A stretch of 64,000 nt of DNA from positions 38,440,001-38,504,000 of the forward strand of contig NC_092357.1 in assembly GCF_963676685.1 (NCBI RefSeq), read 5' to 3'. Both the position numbers and the translations under genes were made by a program. Under the pieces are notes generated by a model. It did no database searches, had not been told where the DNA came from, and saw nothing but the letters and a program-made list of their open reading frames with translations. The DNA comes from Mytilus edulis (taxonomy: Eukaryota). This document shows positions 13,790 through 26,777 of the stretch, piece by piece (position 1 is the stretch's first letter; every line of letters starts with the position of its first letter).

Positions 13790-14440
13790 CGTGTCCCCAT
13801 GGACACAGATGATGTCTCCGCTTGAATACAACATTATAATGGGACTTAACTGAAGAACAACTAAATTGACGCGAACATAATTTGTACATGATCATCATTT
13901 GTGGTAATACGTATTGTGTTTAGGTTTCATAATGTGTCAGTTGGCACAAATATGCGTTACAGAACAGAAACTAAGAATTAGGCATTTGTTCGAACAGAAA
14001 GGAGCATAATAACTCTAGAATGGTAAAAGTGACACCCCTAAAACTCACACTTGATCTATGTTTTGTGGTAATTAGCAATGTGTATAAGTTTCCTTCATAA
14101 CATTTGATAGAAGCAAACCCAAGTGAGATAACGGAAACTAAAAACTTTTCAGTTTTTTTCCATTTATAAAGGGGAATTACTCTAAAACGGTTTAAGTGAC
14201 ACCACCAAAATTTAAACTAGATCTGTATTTTGTTGTAATGAGCGTTGTGCATACGTTTTAACCGTTGAATCGAGGCAAACTTAAGTGAGAGAACAAAAGT
14301 TTAAATGTTTGTATATTTTCCATTTTATTAAGAGGCATAACTCTAAAAGGTTAAAGCGACAACACCGAAATTCAAACATTATCTGTATTTTGTGGAAATA
14401 GGCATTGTGCATAACTTTTACAATATTTTGTTGAAGCAAA
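13790..14440. repeat. Degenerate ~160-bp internal tandem repeats of a HINE-like element
   Basis: Recurring ataactct....gg..aaagtgac..cacc.aaa.t.aaac..gatct.t.ttttgtggtaat block (~4 copies). Confidence 0.5.
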
Positions 14441-16820
14441 CTACGTTTTTTTTTCACCTATAATTTGTCAATTGAAAATCAAGTTTTGCAATATGCTTGT
14501 GATGTTCCCCTGTGTTTTAGTGAGTTATGTAGGTTGATATTACCAATAGATGTCTGCAGAAAAAAATCTCGAGTGAACCACTCCACTTTTGGGGGATTTA
14601 GATCAGGTTAATTAACTGCTAATACGTAATTATAATAGATTTTTTTCTGACATTCAATCAAATCTTGAATATTATACATGTTAAGCAAAAAAGACGCACA
14701 ATGTCATAATAATTAATCTCAAATTCAATGATTTTCATTGTCCGTGGTTTTTTTTAAGAGCAACAGTTGAAACGTCCGGGATTTAAAAAAATCATCTGGT
14801 ATTTTTAAGAAATTGTTGATATGAATTAAGACATTCTTGACCCTAAACACTTACAATTTCTATAGTTTATAATTGTAATTAAATGAAGGACAATACTATT
14901 TATTCCCAAAAATTTGCCCAAAAACATATTTCTAGCTGATTTAACCTTCTTCGATTCAATGATAACTTTCTGTTCTGCAAAACATTGTTCCATAACCTGT
15001 AATACGATATACATGTAAAAGCAATATATATGAGCGACGTCCGTTTAAAAACGGAAAAGGAACCGAATACAGGAACTAATTCCATTGTATGCTACCTTTG
15101 TAGGTACCCCCTTCCCACGAATAAGAATTAACTAATTACAATAACATTCTAAAACAAGAGGCTCTTAAGATTCTGAATCGCTTACCTGTTATGTTTTGGC
15201 TTAAATCATTCATCATTGAATATTTTTGCTTTTCAATAAATTATTATGAGTGGCTTATACATGCCATTCAAATGTTCATTGTATACGTCATACTTGCTTC
15301 AAGAGCAAATAGACAGAGTATGGACGACAAAGGACGCCAAGTGATGGGCCACGGTAAGCTTAAAAGTTAAATCCAGTTAAGGTCAATTTTACCAACGTTC
15401 AATGAGCATAGCATTCTCTCTACACGCCTCATTCTGACTGGCTGCGTACTTGAACATCGCACACAGCTAAACGAGAGTACATTGTATGTCTCACTTTGGC
15501 AAGGGTCGGTAGGAAGAGGATTTAAGAGACCATATGTCGATACCCCCGTGTAGAATAATATAAGAAGCAGCTTTCCAACCCTGAACAGTTGGGGCAAAAA
15601 CGGAGACAATATTCACATAAAATACAGGTCTGAATTGGGACTGTTATTAAATATTCGACACATAACAGGTTTTTGACACATAATAACTGTTGTCAAAAAA
15701 CTTGCATTGAATATGTGATTTCAATTTATATTCGTTTTTGTTTTGCTTTTTTGCAATTCACTATGCTGCACCCCTCTCCGATAAAATGTTTCCCTCAAGT
15801 TATGGTCATGATCTCAATTCTTCCAATGGAGTTTGCAACCATGATATCCCATTTGAAAAGATCATAAAAGTCATCAAACGGAAAACCTCAGACATAATCA
15901 TGGCTAAAATTAAATCACCTTCATCAACATTTAAAAAAAATAGTAACTTCTAAAAAAAAAATGGACAGCTAATCACGTCAAGACAATACACCATTTCTTT
16001 ATACATAATTTTAAAGCAGTGTATAAAAGAGGGTGATTCAACCCATGCTGTGTTCGAATCACCTCCCTTACACTGCTTTTAAAATATGTTGTGTACTTAA
16101 TTAATTGTCCATTAACTAGGACGACCTTGTTTTTTCCCTGCTTTTGCGCCTAATTCCTAAGCGGTTTTAGCCATAACATCTCCTCCCCCAAAAGCAGATT
16201 TTAACAATCCCTGTGTGGTATGGAAAGTTGTGGTAAATTTCAGAGAGATCTATACACCATTCCACAAGTGAGTGTCTAGAAACTAGAAAAATACTTATTT
16301 GGGCACCTTTTTTGGCTCCATTTTCCTAATCTGTTTTGAAAATAAACCCAATAAACAATACCAACCTTCCTGTTGTGGTCATAAACCTACCTTGTACATA
16401 AATGATATTGATTTCTATTCACTAATACTGAAGTTATTGTTCGGAAAGTAAATGTCTTCAGACGACGTGGACGATGACGACGACAATGACGATGTGATAC
16501 CAAAATACGATGGTCGTGTAATTATACAAGTATAAGTTTACCGTGTACTCACCAAACTATTCTTTTCAATTCAAAACAAGATATTGGTAAAGTGTCTTTG
16601 TATCTCAGTATACATGTATTTCTTGTGCAGATTTCCGTTGACATTTGCATTGGTATGTGTATAAAAAATAGCTGACATCTATATTTTTAAGGCCAAGGGA
16701 TTTATAACTAAATGAGTAAAGATTGGTAACATCTGTTTATCAAAACTACTGATTTACCTTGTATGTTCTTGTATATAAGGTTTTACCAAAAAGAAAGTAC
16801 GTTTTTTTGCATTTTTCATG

Positions 16821-18084
16821 TTTTAAGCTTACTTGGCCTGAAGGGCCAAGTGAGCTTTTCCCATCACTTTGCGTCCGGCGTCGTCGTCCGTCGTCGTTAA
16901 CTTTTACAAAAATTACTTGGCCAAATTAAACCAACCTTAGCCACAATTTTCATTGGGGGTATTAAGTTTAAAAAATGTTTGGCGTGACCCAGCCAACCAA
17001 CCAAGATGACCGCCATGGCTAAAAATAGAACATAGGGGTAAAATGCAGTTTATGGCTTATAACTCAAAAATCAAAGCATTCAGGGCAAATCTGACATGGG
17101 GTAAAATTGTGTATCAGGTCAAAATCTATCTGCCCTGAAATTTTCAAATGAACCGGACAACCCGTTGTTGGGTTGCTGCCCCTGAATTGGTAATTTTAAG
17201 GAAATTTTGCTGTTTTTGGTTATTATCTTGAATATTATTATAGATAGAGATAAACTGTAAACAGCAATAATGTTTAGCAAAGTAAGATTTACAAATAAGT
17301 CAACATGACCGAAATGACCGAAATGGTCAGTTGACCCCTTTAGGAGTAATTCCCCTATATAGTCAAGTTTTAACCATTTTTATAAATCTTAGTAATCTTT
17401 TTTCCAAAAATCTTTTCCCCTGAAACTACTGGGCCGCATTAATCCAAACTTGGCCAATAATAATCTTTGGGAATCTAGTTTAAAAATTTTGTCCGGTGAC
17501 CCGGCCATGCAACCAAGATGGCCGCCATGGTTATAAATAGAACATAGTGGTAACATACAGTTTTTGGCTTTTAACTCAAAATCCAAAGCATTAAGAGCAA
17601 ACCTGACTGTAGTAAAATTGTTTATCAGGTCAAGATCTATCTCCCCTGAACTTTTTAGATGAAACGGTCAACCAGCTGTTGGGTTGCTGCCCCTGAATAG
17701 GTAATTTTAAGGAAATTTTGCTGTTTTTGGTTATTATCTTGAATATTGTTATAGATAGAGATAAACTGTTAACAGCAATAATGTTCAGTAAAGTAAGATT
17801 TACAAATAAGTCAACATGACTGAAATGGTTAATTGAATCCATTAGAAGTTATTGTCCTTTATAGTCAATTGTTAACATTTTTACTAATATTTTTCCACTG
17901 AAACTACTGGACCAAGTTTATAAAGATAGGAATAATTGTAAACAGCAAGAATGTTCAGTAAAGTAAGATGTACAAACACATCACCATCACCAAAACACAA
18001 TTTGTCATGAATACATCTGCTTCCTTTGTTTAATATTCGCATAGACCGAGGTGAGCGACACCGGCTCTTTAGAACCTCTAGTTT
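16821..18084 (+). mobile_element. Helentron-associated non-autonomous element (HINE/pearl-like) with internal ~520-bp duplication
   Basis: 5' self-complementary end (agcttacttggcc..ggccaagtgagct), (GTC/GTCC) microsatellite, duplicated core, 3' GGTGAGCG followed by a hairpin; T-rich flanks. Confidence 0.75.
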
Positions 18085-18619
18085 ATCATATTCCCTCCAC
18101 AACAAAATTGGTCACACATACTTGATAACCCTGACCTGTTAAATCGAAAAACCAAAATACCAGCCGAACACCTTCCCTTCTGTTAAATTGTCGGAGTAGA
18201 AATGCAATTGGGTATTTTCTATTTATATTGGCACACATGCGGAAACGGAAAAGAAAAGATGTATCTAGGTCAATCATACTTTAAAACTTTTCCTTTTTGT
18301 CCTCTGAGTGATATTTTGAGGGTTGAATTAATACCACCACTGCACTGAAATTTGCTTTTTTGAGATTTATAAATTTTTGGAAAGTGAGGGTATTAAAGAA
18401 TATTCTCATTCGTTTTTAGAGCAATTGGACATGAAATAAATGACATATTCATGAATCAATTATCAGTTTGATATAAAAAGTATGTCTGCATGAACGATAT
18501 CTTTTTTCTTTGTAAATGCAAGAGGAGTTCTCTTTATTAAAGGTGACACGATAGAATTTCCAGGACCATAAGGTGTTGTGAAAAAAAATAAGAAATGATG
18601 CTCTTTGTTTATATCGTGG

Positions 18620-19110
18620 TACAATTTTTTGCAATTTTGGATTCTCAATGCTCTTCATTTTTGTACTTGTTTGGCTTTAGAAATATTTTGATATGAACGT
18701 CACTGATGAGCCTTATATTGTATGTAAATGAAACGCGCGTTTGTCATATTAAATTATTAACACAACTGGTTCGATTTCACTCCTGGTGGCCGTTTCGACA
18801 CCGAGGGTATCACCAGCTCAGTAGTCAACACCGAAATGAATATCAATAATGTGGTCATTTTTATAAATTTTTATAAATTTCCTGTTTACAAAACTTGATT
18901 TTTTTCGAAAAACTAAAGGTTTTCTTATCCCAGGCATACATTACCTGAGCCGTATTTGGCACAATTTTTGGGAATTTTTTATTCTGAATGCTCTTCAACT
19001 TGTACTTTTTTGGCTTTATACATATTTTGATATGAGCGTCACTGATGAGCCTTATGCAGACGAACCGTGCGTCGTACTAAATTTTAATCCTGGTATCTTT
19101 TAATAACTAT
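18620..19110 (+). mobile_element. Decayed retrozyme family A copy (~1.4 units)
   Basis: Same unit on the plus strand. Hammerhead cores near 18700 and 19040 are damaged (stem II insertion; GAAA->GAAC). Confidence 0.75.
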
Positions 19111-19319
19111 TAAGCAAAGGTCAAAAGACTATGCATTGTTTGAATGATGATTTGTTGTTCATAACGGTTAACATAATGTTTCGCCTCAATGGATTTCAAT
19201 TATTGAAGTTAATACAAAAACGAAACTTACATTAAATCTATGTTCATGTCATCCCTTTATCCGCATTTTTAACGTCAGAATTAAATGTCAGTATCACAAT
19301 TATATATATTCACAATATG

Positions 19320-20553
19320 CAGGGTTTCCGCTGGCGGTCGCCATTTTCGCAATTTGCGAAAAAATAATAATTGTGGCGATTAAAATTCGTCATTGGCGAA
19401 AGAATTTGGCGACAGAAATATATATAACGATATATTTTCCTCCATCTTGTTTATTTACTTTTTTCGAGTTTCTTGGACTTTACCCGATCAGACAATACTC
19501 GGAATTCACCTTGACCTCATTAAGATTTGGACAGAAAACCAATAATCAGCTGATTGCATTTTATACCTATCGACAACAAAGGACTAATTAATAAAGGTGT
19601 TGATTGAATTGTTTGACAAAATGATATGGTTAATTAGCTTCCGCTAAATGTCATATGCATAATTTATTTACCACTTTGCGACGCACGTGTTTGAAGCAAA
19701 CTTTTGACGTCTCCTCTCCTTTTAAAGATAGTTTAGCAAAGAAAGCTGTTGTGACGAAAAATGTTCAAAAGCAAGAAAAATCTCTGATTTAAAATTTAAA
19801 TTATCCTTTGACTTTAATATAAGTTATTGATTAGGGAGACTACTTTAAAGTCGTTTTAGTGACACACGTGTTTCAGACATAGTTTTACGTCTCAACTTTT
19901 TCATTTACGATGGTCAAGAAAAGAAAACTGTCGTTATGAAGAAATCTATCCAAAGGTTAAGAACAACCCCTCGAATGAGAGTAACCCTTCAATGTAATGA
20001 CTATACATGAAATGAGGGATCAATTTGATGTGAGACAAGCTTTTGTTTTGTTGTAAAAGCCACTTCTTAGTACAAAAGGGCACATCAGTATTTTTCTTTT
20101 AAAGAAACTTTCCCTACTACGAACTATACTCAGTCTGGTATTATATTATCAAAATATGTTCATTAATTGTGTTATATTCCAGGACTTATATCTTCTTTAT
20201 TATTAAAAGTATAGTTGCCCCCTCATTTAGAAATTTAGAAAAGTTGTTTAAAATTATACAATGAATATTTTTCCCTTTTACTAAGTTAAAAAAAATTCTG
20301 TATTTTTAAAGTAAATGTTTAGTGTTTATTCATTAAAATGTAAACTCTAAAATAAGTTTGAGAGAATAATCATAGACACTATGGCACAAAATCATCTTAT
20401 TTAAGGGAAAAGGGGGGGGGGGGGTAGAAAAAAGGTAAATTTAAAACGAAAAATATATATGTTACTTGGCGAAAAAAATAATAAAGTGGCGAAAAATATA
20501 TTGTTTTGGCAAAAGAGGTGGCGAAAAAAATAATTGACCCAGGGGAAACCCTG
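19320..20553. mobile_element. 1.23-kb non-autonomous DNA transposon (hAT-like CAGGG ends)
   Basis: TIR CAGGGTTTCC.CTGG / CCAG.GGAAACCCTG; flanking direct repeat CAATATG (7 bp); subterminal GGCGAAAA repeats at both ends. Confidence 0.75.
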
Positions 20554-22889
20554 CAATATGTCATGTTAATTTTACAACTTATACAGGTAAATATTATAGA
20601 AAGTCATTTAAAAACACACTAGTAACAGTAGGTGTTTTCCCTTTAGACCGATCGTTTCGGTGTGTTTGATTATTCAAAAGAAGAACGTTTGATATCTATT
20701 GAGCCGTTTCTATTTTTTTTTTTTGTGTATAAATATTATAATTACAATAGTTGTGAATTATTTAATTATTTTTCATGCCTTCATGCTTATTAGAAAAATA
20801 CAAATTTATGTAATGTGCTATATAAATATAATGTATATTCATGTATATTATGGAGAAGACGGAACTAAGTTGAATAACTTGTGTCTTATCCATTTGCTTT
20901 GAACAATAAAATATGTTTAAACTAAACGAACTAAAGGTCAATGTTTTGACGAATTAACGTACTTGACAGCTAAATATCAAATCTTTATCTCCAGATAAGA
21001 TCAAATAACGATAGCAAGCAATGAATGTTTTGAACTTGTTATAGTAATATGTTATGTGAAGGATGACTAAAACAATTTACCTGAGATTTAGCTTCTGTAT
21101 TACATTCAAAGAAATCAAGTTCGTTTATTCCAAGAAGCGTCAAAATCACTAGTCGTTTCAAGCTTGTCATTCCACTAACTTTCATATTGCAAAAAATACA
21201 CTGTCAACAAAATGGCGTCCATATCTGTCCAGTATAATACCAACAAATTTATAAAATTCTGATAGTACTCGTTAAGAATTAACTGTACAAAAGCAAAAAC
21301 TTCAAGAAGAAAAAATATTAATAACGTTGATTTGTCAGGACAGAAAACTTTCATGAAATCTATTAATGATTAATATCAACTTTCGTTGTTAGTTTTGGGT
21401 TTTCCGGTGCGTCGTTATACACGCATAGTTGACCTTCTTTTAAAGGTAAAATGTTATCTTATATTGATACTTGGTTTTAAACGGTACACATTCAAGTAGA
21501 CTTCTGTTATCGGGGAACGATAAGTTCGATAAGTTCATAAGAACGCTTTTATTAAGTTACTTTCATTTTATAGTACTAAATTACCGTATAAAAACGCAAA
21601 AGAAAACGATTAAATTTGGTGAATTAGTTATCGAGATTTTTGCAAACTACTGGTCGATCGTCATTTGCACCTTGTTTTGGAATTTTGAATTCTAAATGCT
21701 CTTTAACTTGTACTTTTTTGGCTATATACATATTTTGATATGAGCATCGGTGATGTAACTCTGTTTTTAATACGACCGAATAAGCAAGTCAAGAGTTTTA
21801 AACGCCTTTTATTATATCCATATATTATATGATGTCTTTCTGAAGATTTTTTTTTATTCTGACATACAACGTAAAATAATGCAATTTCAATCCGTGTTAC
21901 ACTTATCAATTCAAAATTTTGAAAAGTTTTCAAATATTAGTTTTTGGGGAATTTTGATTAAAAGTTTGATTTAAAATTCCAAAATTTTAAAATGTCTTGG
22001 ACCAAAACAAGGCAAGTTTTAAATGTGTCTTTTGTTAAATGAATATATTATATCATATATATGTGAAATTATTCTCACCAAAAAATAAAAAATAAAAGGG
22101 GTTCTTTGGTCTGCCAAATCTAACCGTGTATTCAGATTCTTAATTTTGGTCCTGTTTTCAAATTGGTCTACCTGAAGGTCCAACGGGTCCAAAATTAAAC
22201 TTAGCAAGAAATCTTAGATTGATCAGTATTGTCCAATAGCAAGAAATCTTCAGTTGCACAGTATTGCGCAATAGCAAGAAATATCTAATTCCACAATATT
22301 GCGCAATAGTAAGACATTTTTAATTGCACAGTTTTTATGAAATATTCTTTGAAAATTGGAGTTATCTTTCTTTGTCCAGGATAGTAGTTGAATCAACTTA
22401 AATCATTGTTTTATACAATATACAATGTATATTCACTTTTACTACCCGCTGATAAATTAAAACAATCTTAACCATTCAGTGAGTACAAGCACTTTTTTAC
22501 ATTTTAATATTTTATGTATTTAAATGAGTAGTTGTTGTTGCAAACTCCATAAAAATTTGAATTGAGATCAGTTTGGAATAAGGAAAAGGGGGATGTGAAA
22601 AAAAATGGTGGGGGTGTGTGCAATTTTTCTAATTTCGGATTTCATAAATAAAAAAAAAAACATTCTTCAAACATTTTTTTAAAAGGATTAATATTTAACA
22701 GCATAGTGAATTGCTCAAAGGCAAAACAAAATTCTTAAGTTTTGTGGAGCATCTGGTTTTTCTCTCTTTCTATGAGCATAAAGTTAAACATTTGTAACTA
22801 ACCATTAAAAAATTAAATATGTATAGGGTCTTCTGACTATGGTAATATAACACAATACATGTACTTCCATGATATAACTATGTCTCTAT

Positions 22890-23740
22890 TATAAAATTGA
22901 GAATGGAAATGGGGAATGTGTCAAAGAGACAACAACCCGACCATAGAAAAAACAACAGCAGAAGGTCACCAACAGGTCTTCAATGTAGCGAGAAATACTC
23001 GCACCCGGAGTCGTCCTTCAGCTGGCCCCTAAGGCCTAAACAAATATATACTAGTTTAGTGATAATGAACGCCATACTAATTTCCAAATTGGACACAAGA
23101 CACTAAAATTAAAATAATACAAGACTAACAAAGGCCAGAGGCTCCTGACTTGGGACAGGCGCAAAAATGTGGTGGGGTTAAACATGTTTGTGAAATCTCA
23201 ACCATCCCTTTATACTTCTAGCCAATGTAGAAAAGTAAACGCATAACAATACGCACATTAAAATTCAGTTCAAGAGTAGTCCGAGTCTGATGTCAGAAGA
23301 TGTAACCACAAAAAATAAACAGAATGACCATTATACATAAATAAAAACAAACTACTAGCAGTTAACTGACATGCCAGCTCCAGACTTCAATTAAACTGAC
23401 TGAAAGATTATGAATTCATCATATGAACATCAGGCACAATCCTTCCTGTTAGGGGTTTAGTATCATACCAACATAACATATATGAGAGAAACATGACCCG
23501 TGTCATTCCAACAACTGTTTTTTTAATAAATGTGTTTAGTTCCGATGCAAAGACCCTATAAGTGAATCAATATGAACGCCCAAATATGCCATCTTTAATG
23601 ATCTGACAACAGTATCGTAACTATATCCCTTCTTAATAAGTATATTCAAAGATTTTGATAGTTTTTGAGGTGAATACTGACACCTTTGTGCTTTATAAAG
23701 AATATTTCCATAAAAAAATGGATGTGAAATACTTGAAATA
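22890..23740 (-). mobile_element. Second, shorter copy of the same Penelope-like element (3' region and RT tail)
   Basis: Colinear with and highly similar to 29491-30330; same terminus (ataaaattgagaa.ggaaatgg). Confidence 0.85.
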
Positions 23741-24309
23741 TAACATGTTCATGATCAAAATGCAGAAAATCAAAATTGGTAAAAATAGAGCTTTTTTTAA
23801 TACATGTACATTCTATTTCATTAACATGATTAGGCAATATAAAGCAAAAACAAAGTTTAAATGTCGAATTATTCATTTAAAGAATATGTATGTATGTATT
23901 TATTTATTCATTATTAGTAAAAGAATATTATATATTTGTATATACATGTATGACACTCCAAATCATGCTTGATTTTTGTCCCCCTTTAATAGTATTAAAC
24001 ATCTGTGAAAACTAAAACTAGTTCATGATATAAAACAAATTAGTACACATGTGGGTGGATATTTATCACCTTCAATCCTGGTAATTAAAACAGTTCAAAA
24101 TTTAACACATATTAATTAACCTCCTGTTATCTAGTAATATCAAATATGGCGGAATGAACAAGTTAACTGTGGTATAGCTCCCGAAAAAAATGTAAGTAAA
24201 GGTGTCTTTAATTATTTGACTTAACCAAATTTGTACTGATTGTGAACTTAAATGAACAATTGAACGAATGATATGATTTTTGATGGAAGGAAAGAAGCGA
24301 AAAAATAGT

Positions 24310-26777
24310 AATTAAAAACCTATTGTTCACATACAATTGAAGGACTTTCCACCAAAAAAAATGTATTTTATTACGAAAGTTGTAAAATTCAGTCAAAAAT
24401 ATCCATTCAATCGTCAAATAATAGCTTATTGTACAATGACTCAATATATGGTTTTAGTATACAATGTTTTCTAAATAAGGGAGATAATTTGTTACTTACG
24501 TTTTGAAAAATGTTACTTCCGATTATATTTGAATATTTACTTGACACTGATTCCAAAAATATCTGGTTCAATATACGTTTATATTATTAAAGTACAAAAA
24601 AATATATACTTCCGGTTTACAAAAGGTCACTTCCGGTTGTTTTTCAAGGTTAAATGGTTTGATATCTTTTGCCGAAAGTTTCATGGCTTTATAATTATTA
24701 CATATAAAATAAAAGCAAAGGTCAAAATATAGAACGTCAAACTAAGCTATGACCTTGAGATCAATTTCAAGGTCATGAACCAAGGACCTCAAATCAAAAG
24801 ACCATAGGTCTTAATTATATTTGGTTAATGAGTTTTATCACCAAACGCGTATTTTTAAATACAAGAGGGGAGAAAAATCCCTTTTACGTTCAACGTACCC
24901 TTGCAATCAAAATTTACATGTTACGACATGTCGCAACTAACAATTAAGTAAAAATAATTTGTTGATATCTTATACGGTCTTTAAGAATTAGTGAAAATAA
25001 GCCAAATTCAAATATTAGAATATGACCTTGACTTTTGACCTTGACCTAATTTTCTTTTTTTTTTACCAAGGACCTCAAATCAAAAGATCCTAGGTCTCTA
25101 TCACTTATGGTTTATAAGATAGAATGCATATCACTTATATCAGATGCATAAGGGGAAATAACTCTCATATGGAGCGTTCATATTGCTTCTGTCAAAATAG
25201 GACAAATCATGCGAAGGATTTAACGAGCAATTTTGTAAAATAAATTTGTTGTAATCTTTTACGTTTGCGAAGGAGTAGTGGACACAAGGAAAACAGTGTT
25301 TGGGGAGATATCTCCTACAAAGAAAAGTATTCGGTTACGCAGGATAAATTTCAAAAGCGCGGAACTGTTCGATATCATATAACAAATATCTAAGCAACAT
25401 ATTGCAAAACAAATATTTATCACGAGAAGAAATTTAGGCGGAAGAAAAAAAAATCAGAAGTAAAACAATAGTTCTTTCCACAGAAAAGTGGAAAGACCTA
25501 ATAATACGAAATCAGGTCTGACTCCACCTGATAAAATAGGTTCCAAGATGGCGACGAACCAAAACAATCAAAATTAAAAACCAATTGTTCAGAGAACAAT
25601 TGAAGGTCTTTTCATTGAAAACAATGTACTTTAATATGAAAGTTGTAAAATTAAGTTTAAAATGTCATTTCAATCGTCAACTGATAGGTTATTGTACGCT
25701 GATCCCAGAAATATACGGTTTCTATACAATATGTTTTTAAATAAGGGAGATAATTTGTTACTTCCGGTTTGAAAAATGTTACTTCCAATAATATTTGAAT
25801 ATTTAATTGACACTGATTCCAAAATGATCTGGTTCTATATACTTTTTTATTAATAAAGTACAAAAAATAGCTACTTCCGGTTTACACAAGGTCACTTCCG
25901 GTTGTTTTTTTCAAGGTTAAATGGTTTGATACCTTTTGCCAAAAGTCTCATGGCTATATCATGTATACATATGAGCTGAAAGCAAAGGTCAAAAACTAGA
26001 ACGTCAAATTAATCTATGACCTTGAGATCAATTTCAAGGTCATAAACCAAGGACCTCAAATCAAAAGACTATAGGTCTTAATAATATTTGGTTAATCAGT
26101 TATATAACCATACGCGTATTTTTAAATACAAGAGGGGAGAAAACTCACTTTTACGTTTAAAGTACCCTTGCAATCAAAATTTATGTGTTACAACATGTCG
26201 CAACTAACAATTTAGAAAAAATAATATGTCGATATCTTATACGGTTTCTGGAAATTAGTGGAAATAAGCCAAATTCAAAAATTAGAATATGACCTTGACC
26301 TTTGACCTTGACCTAATTTTTATTTTTTTGGACCAAGGACCTCAAATCAAAAGATCCTTGGTCTCTAGCACTTATGGTTTACAAGATAGAAATGCATATC
26401 ACTTATATCAAATGCATAAGGGGAAATAACTCTCATATGGAGCGTTCATATCACTTCGGTCAAAATAGGACAAATCATGCGAAGGATATAACGAGCAATT
26501 TTGTAAAATCAATTTGTCATAATATTTTACGGTTGCGAAGGAGTTGCGATAACAAGGAAAACAGTGTTTGGGGAGATAACTCCTACAAAGAAAAGTATTC
26601 GTTTACGCAGGGTAAATTTCAAAAGCGCGTAAACTGTTCGATATCATATACCAAATATCTAAGCGACATATTGCGAAACAAATGTTTATCGCAAGAAGAA
26701 AATTAGGCGGAAGAAAAAAAAAATAATCAGAAGAAAAACAATAGGTCTTTCCACAGAAAAGTGGAAAGACCTAATAA
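24310..26777 (+). repeat. Two tandem ~1.2-kb units of the same family, each ending in a hairpin
   Basis: Units ~24312-25505 and ~25576-26777; terminal palindrome AGGTCTTTCCAC-agaaaa-GTGGAAAGACCT. Confidence 0.8.

Noticed and set aside
26374-26706. ORF (and its homologue at 1444-1653) as a small gene family
   Set aside because: Both lie in the 1.2-kb repeat; the frame is not preserved between copies and there is no recognisable domain.
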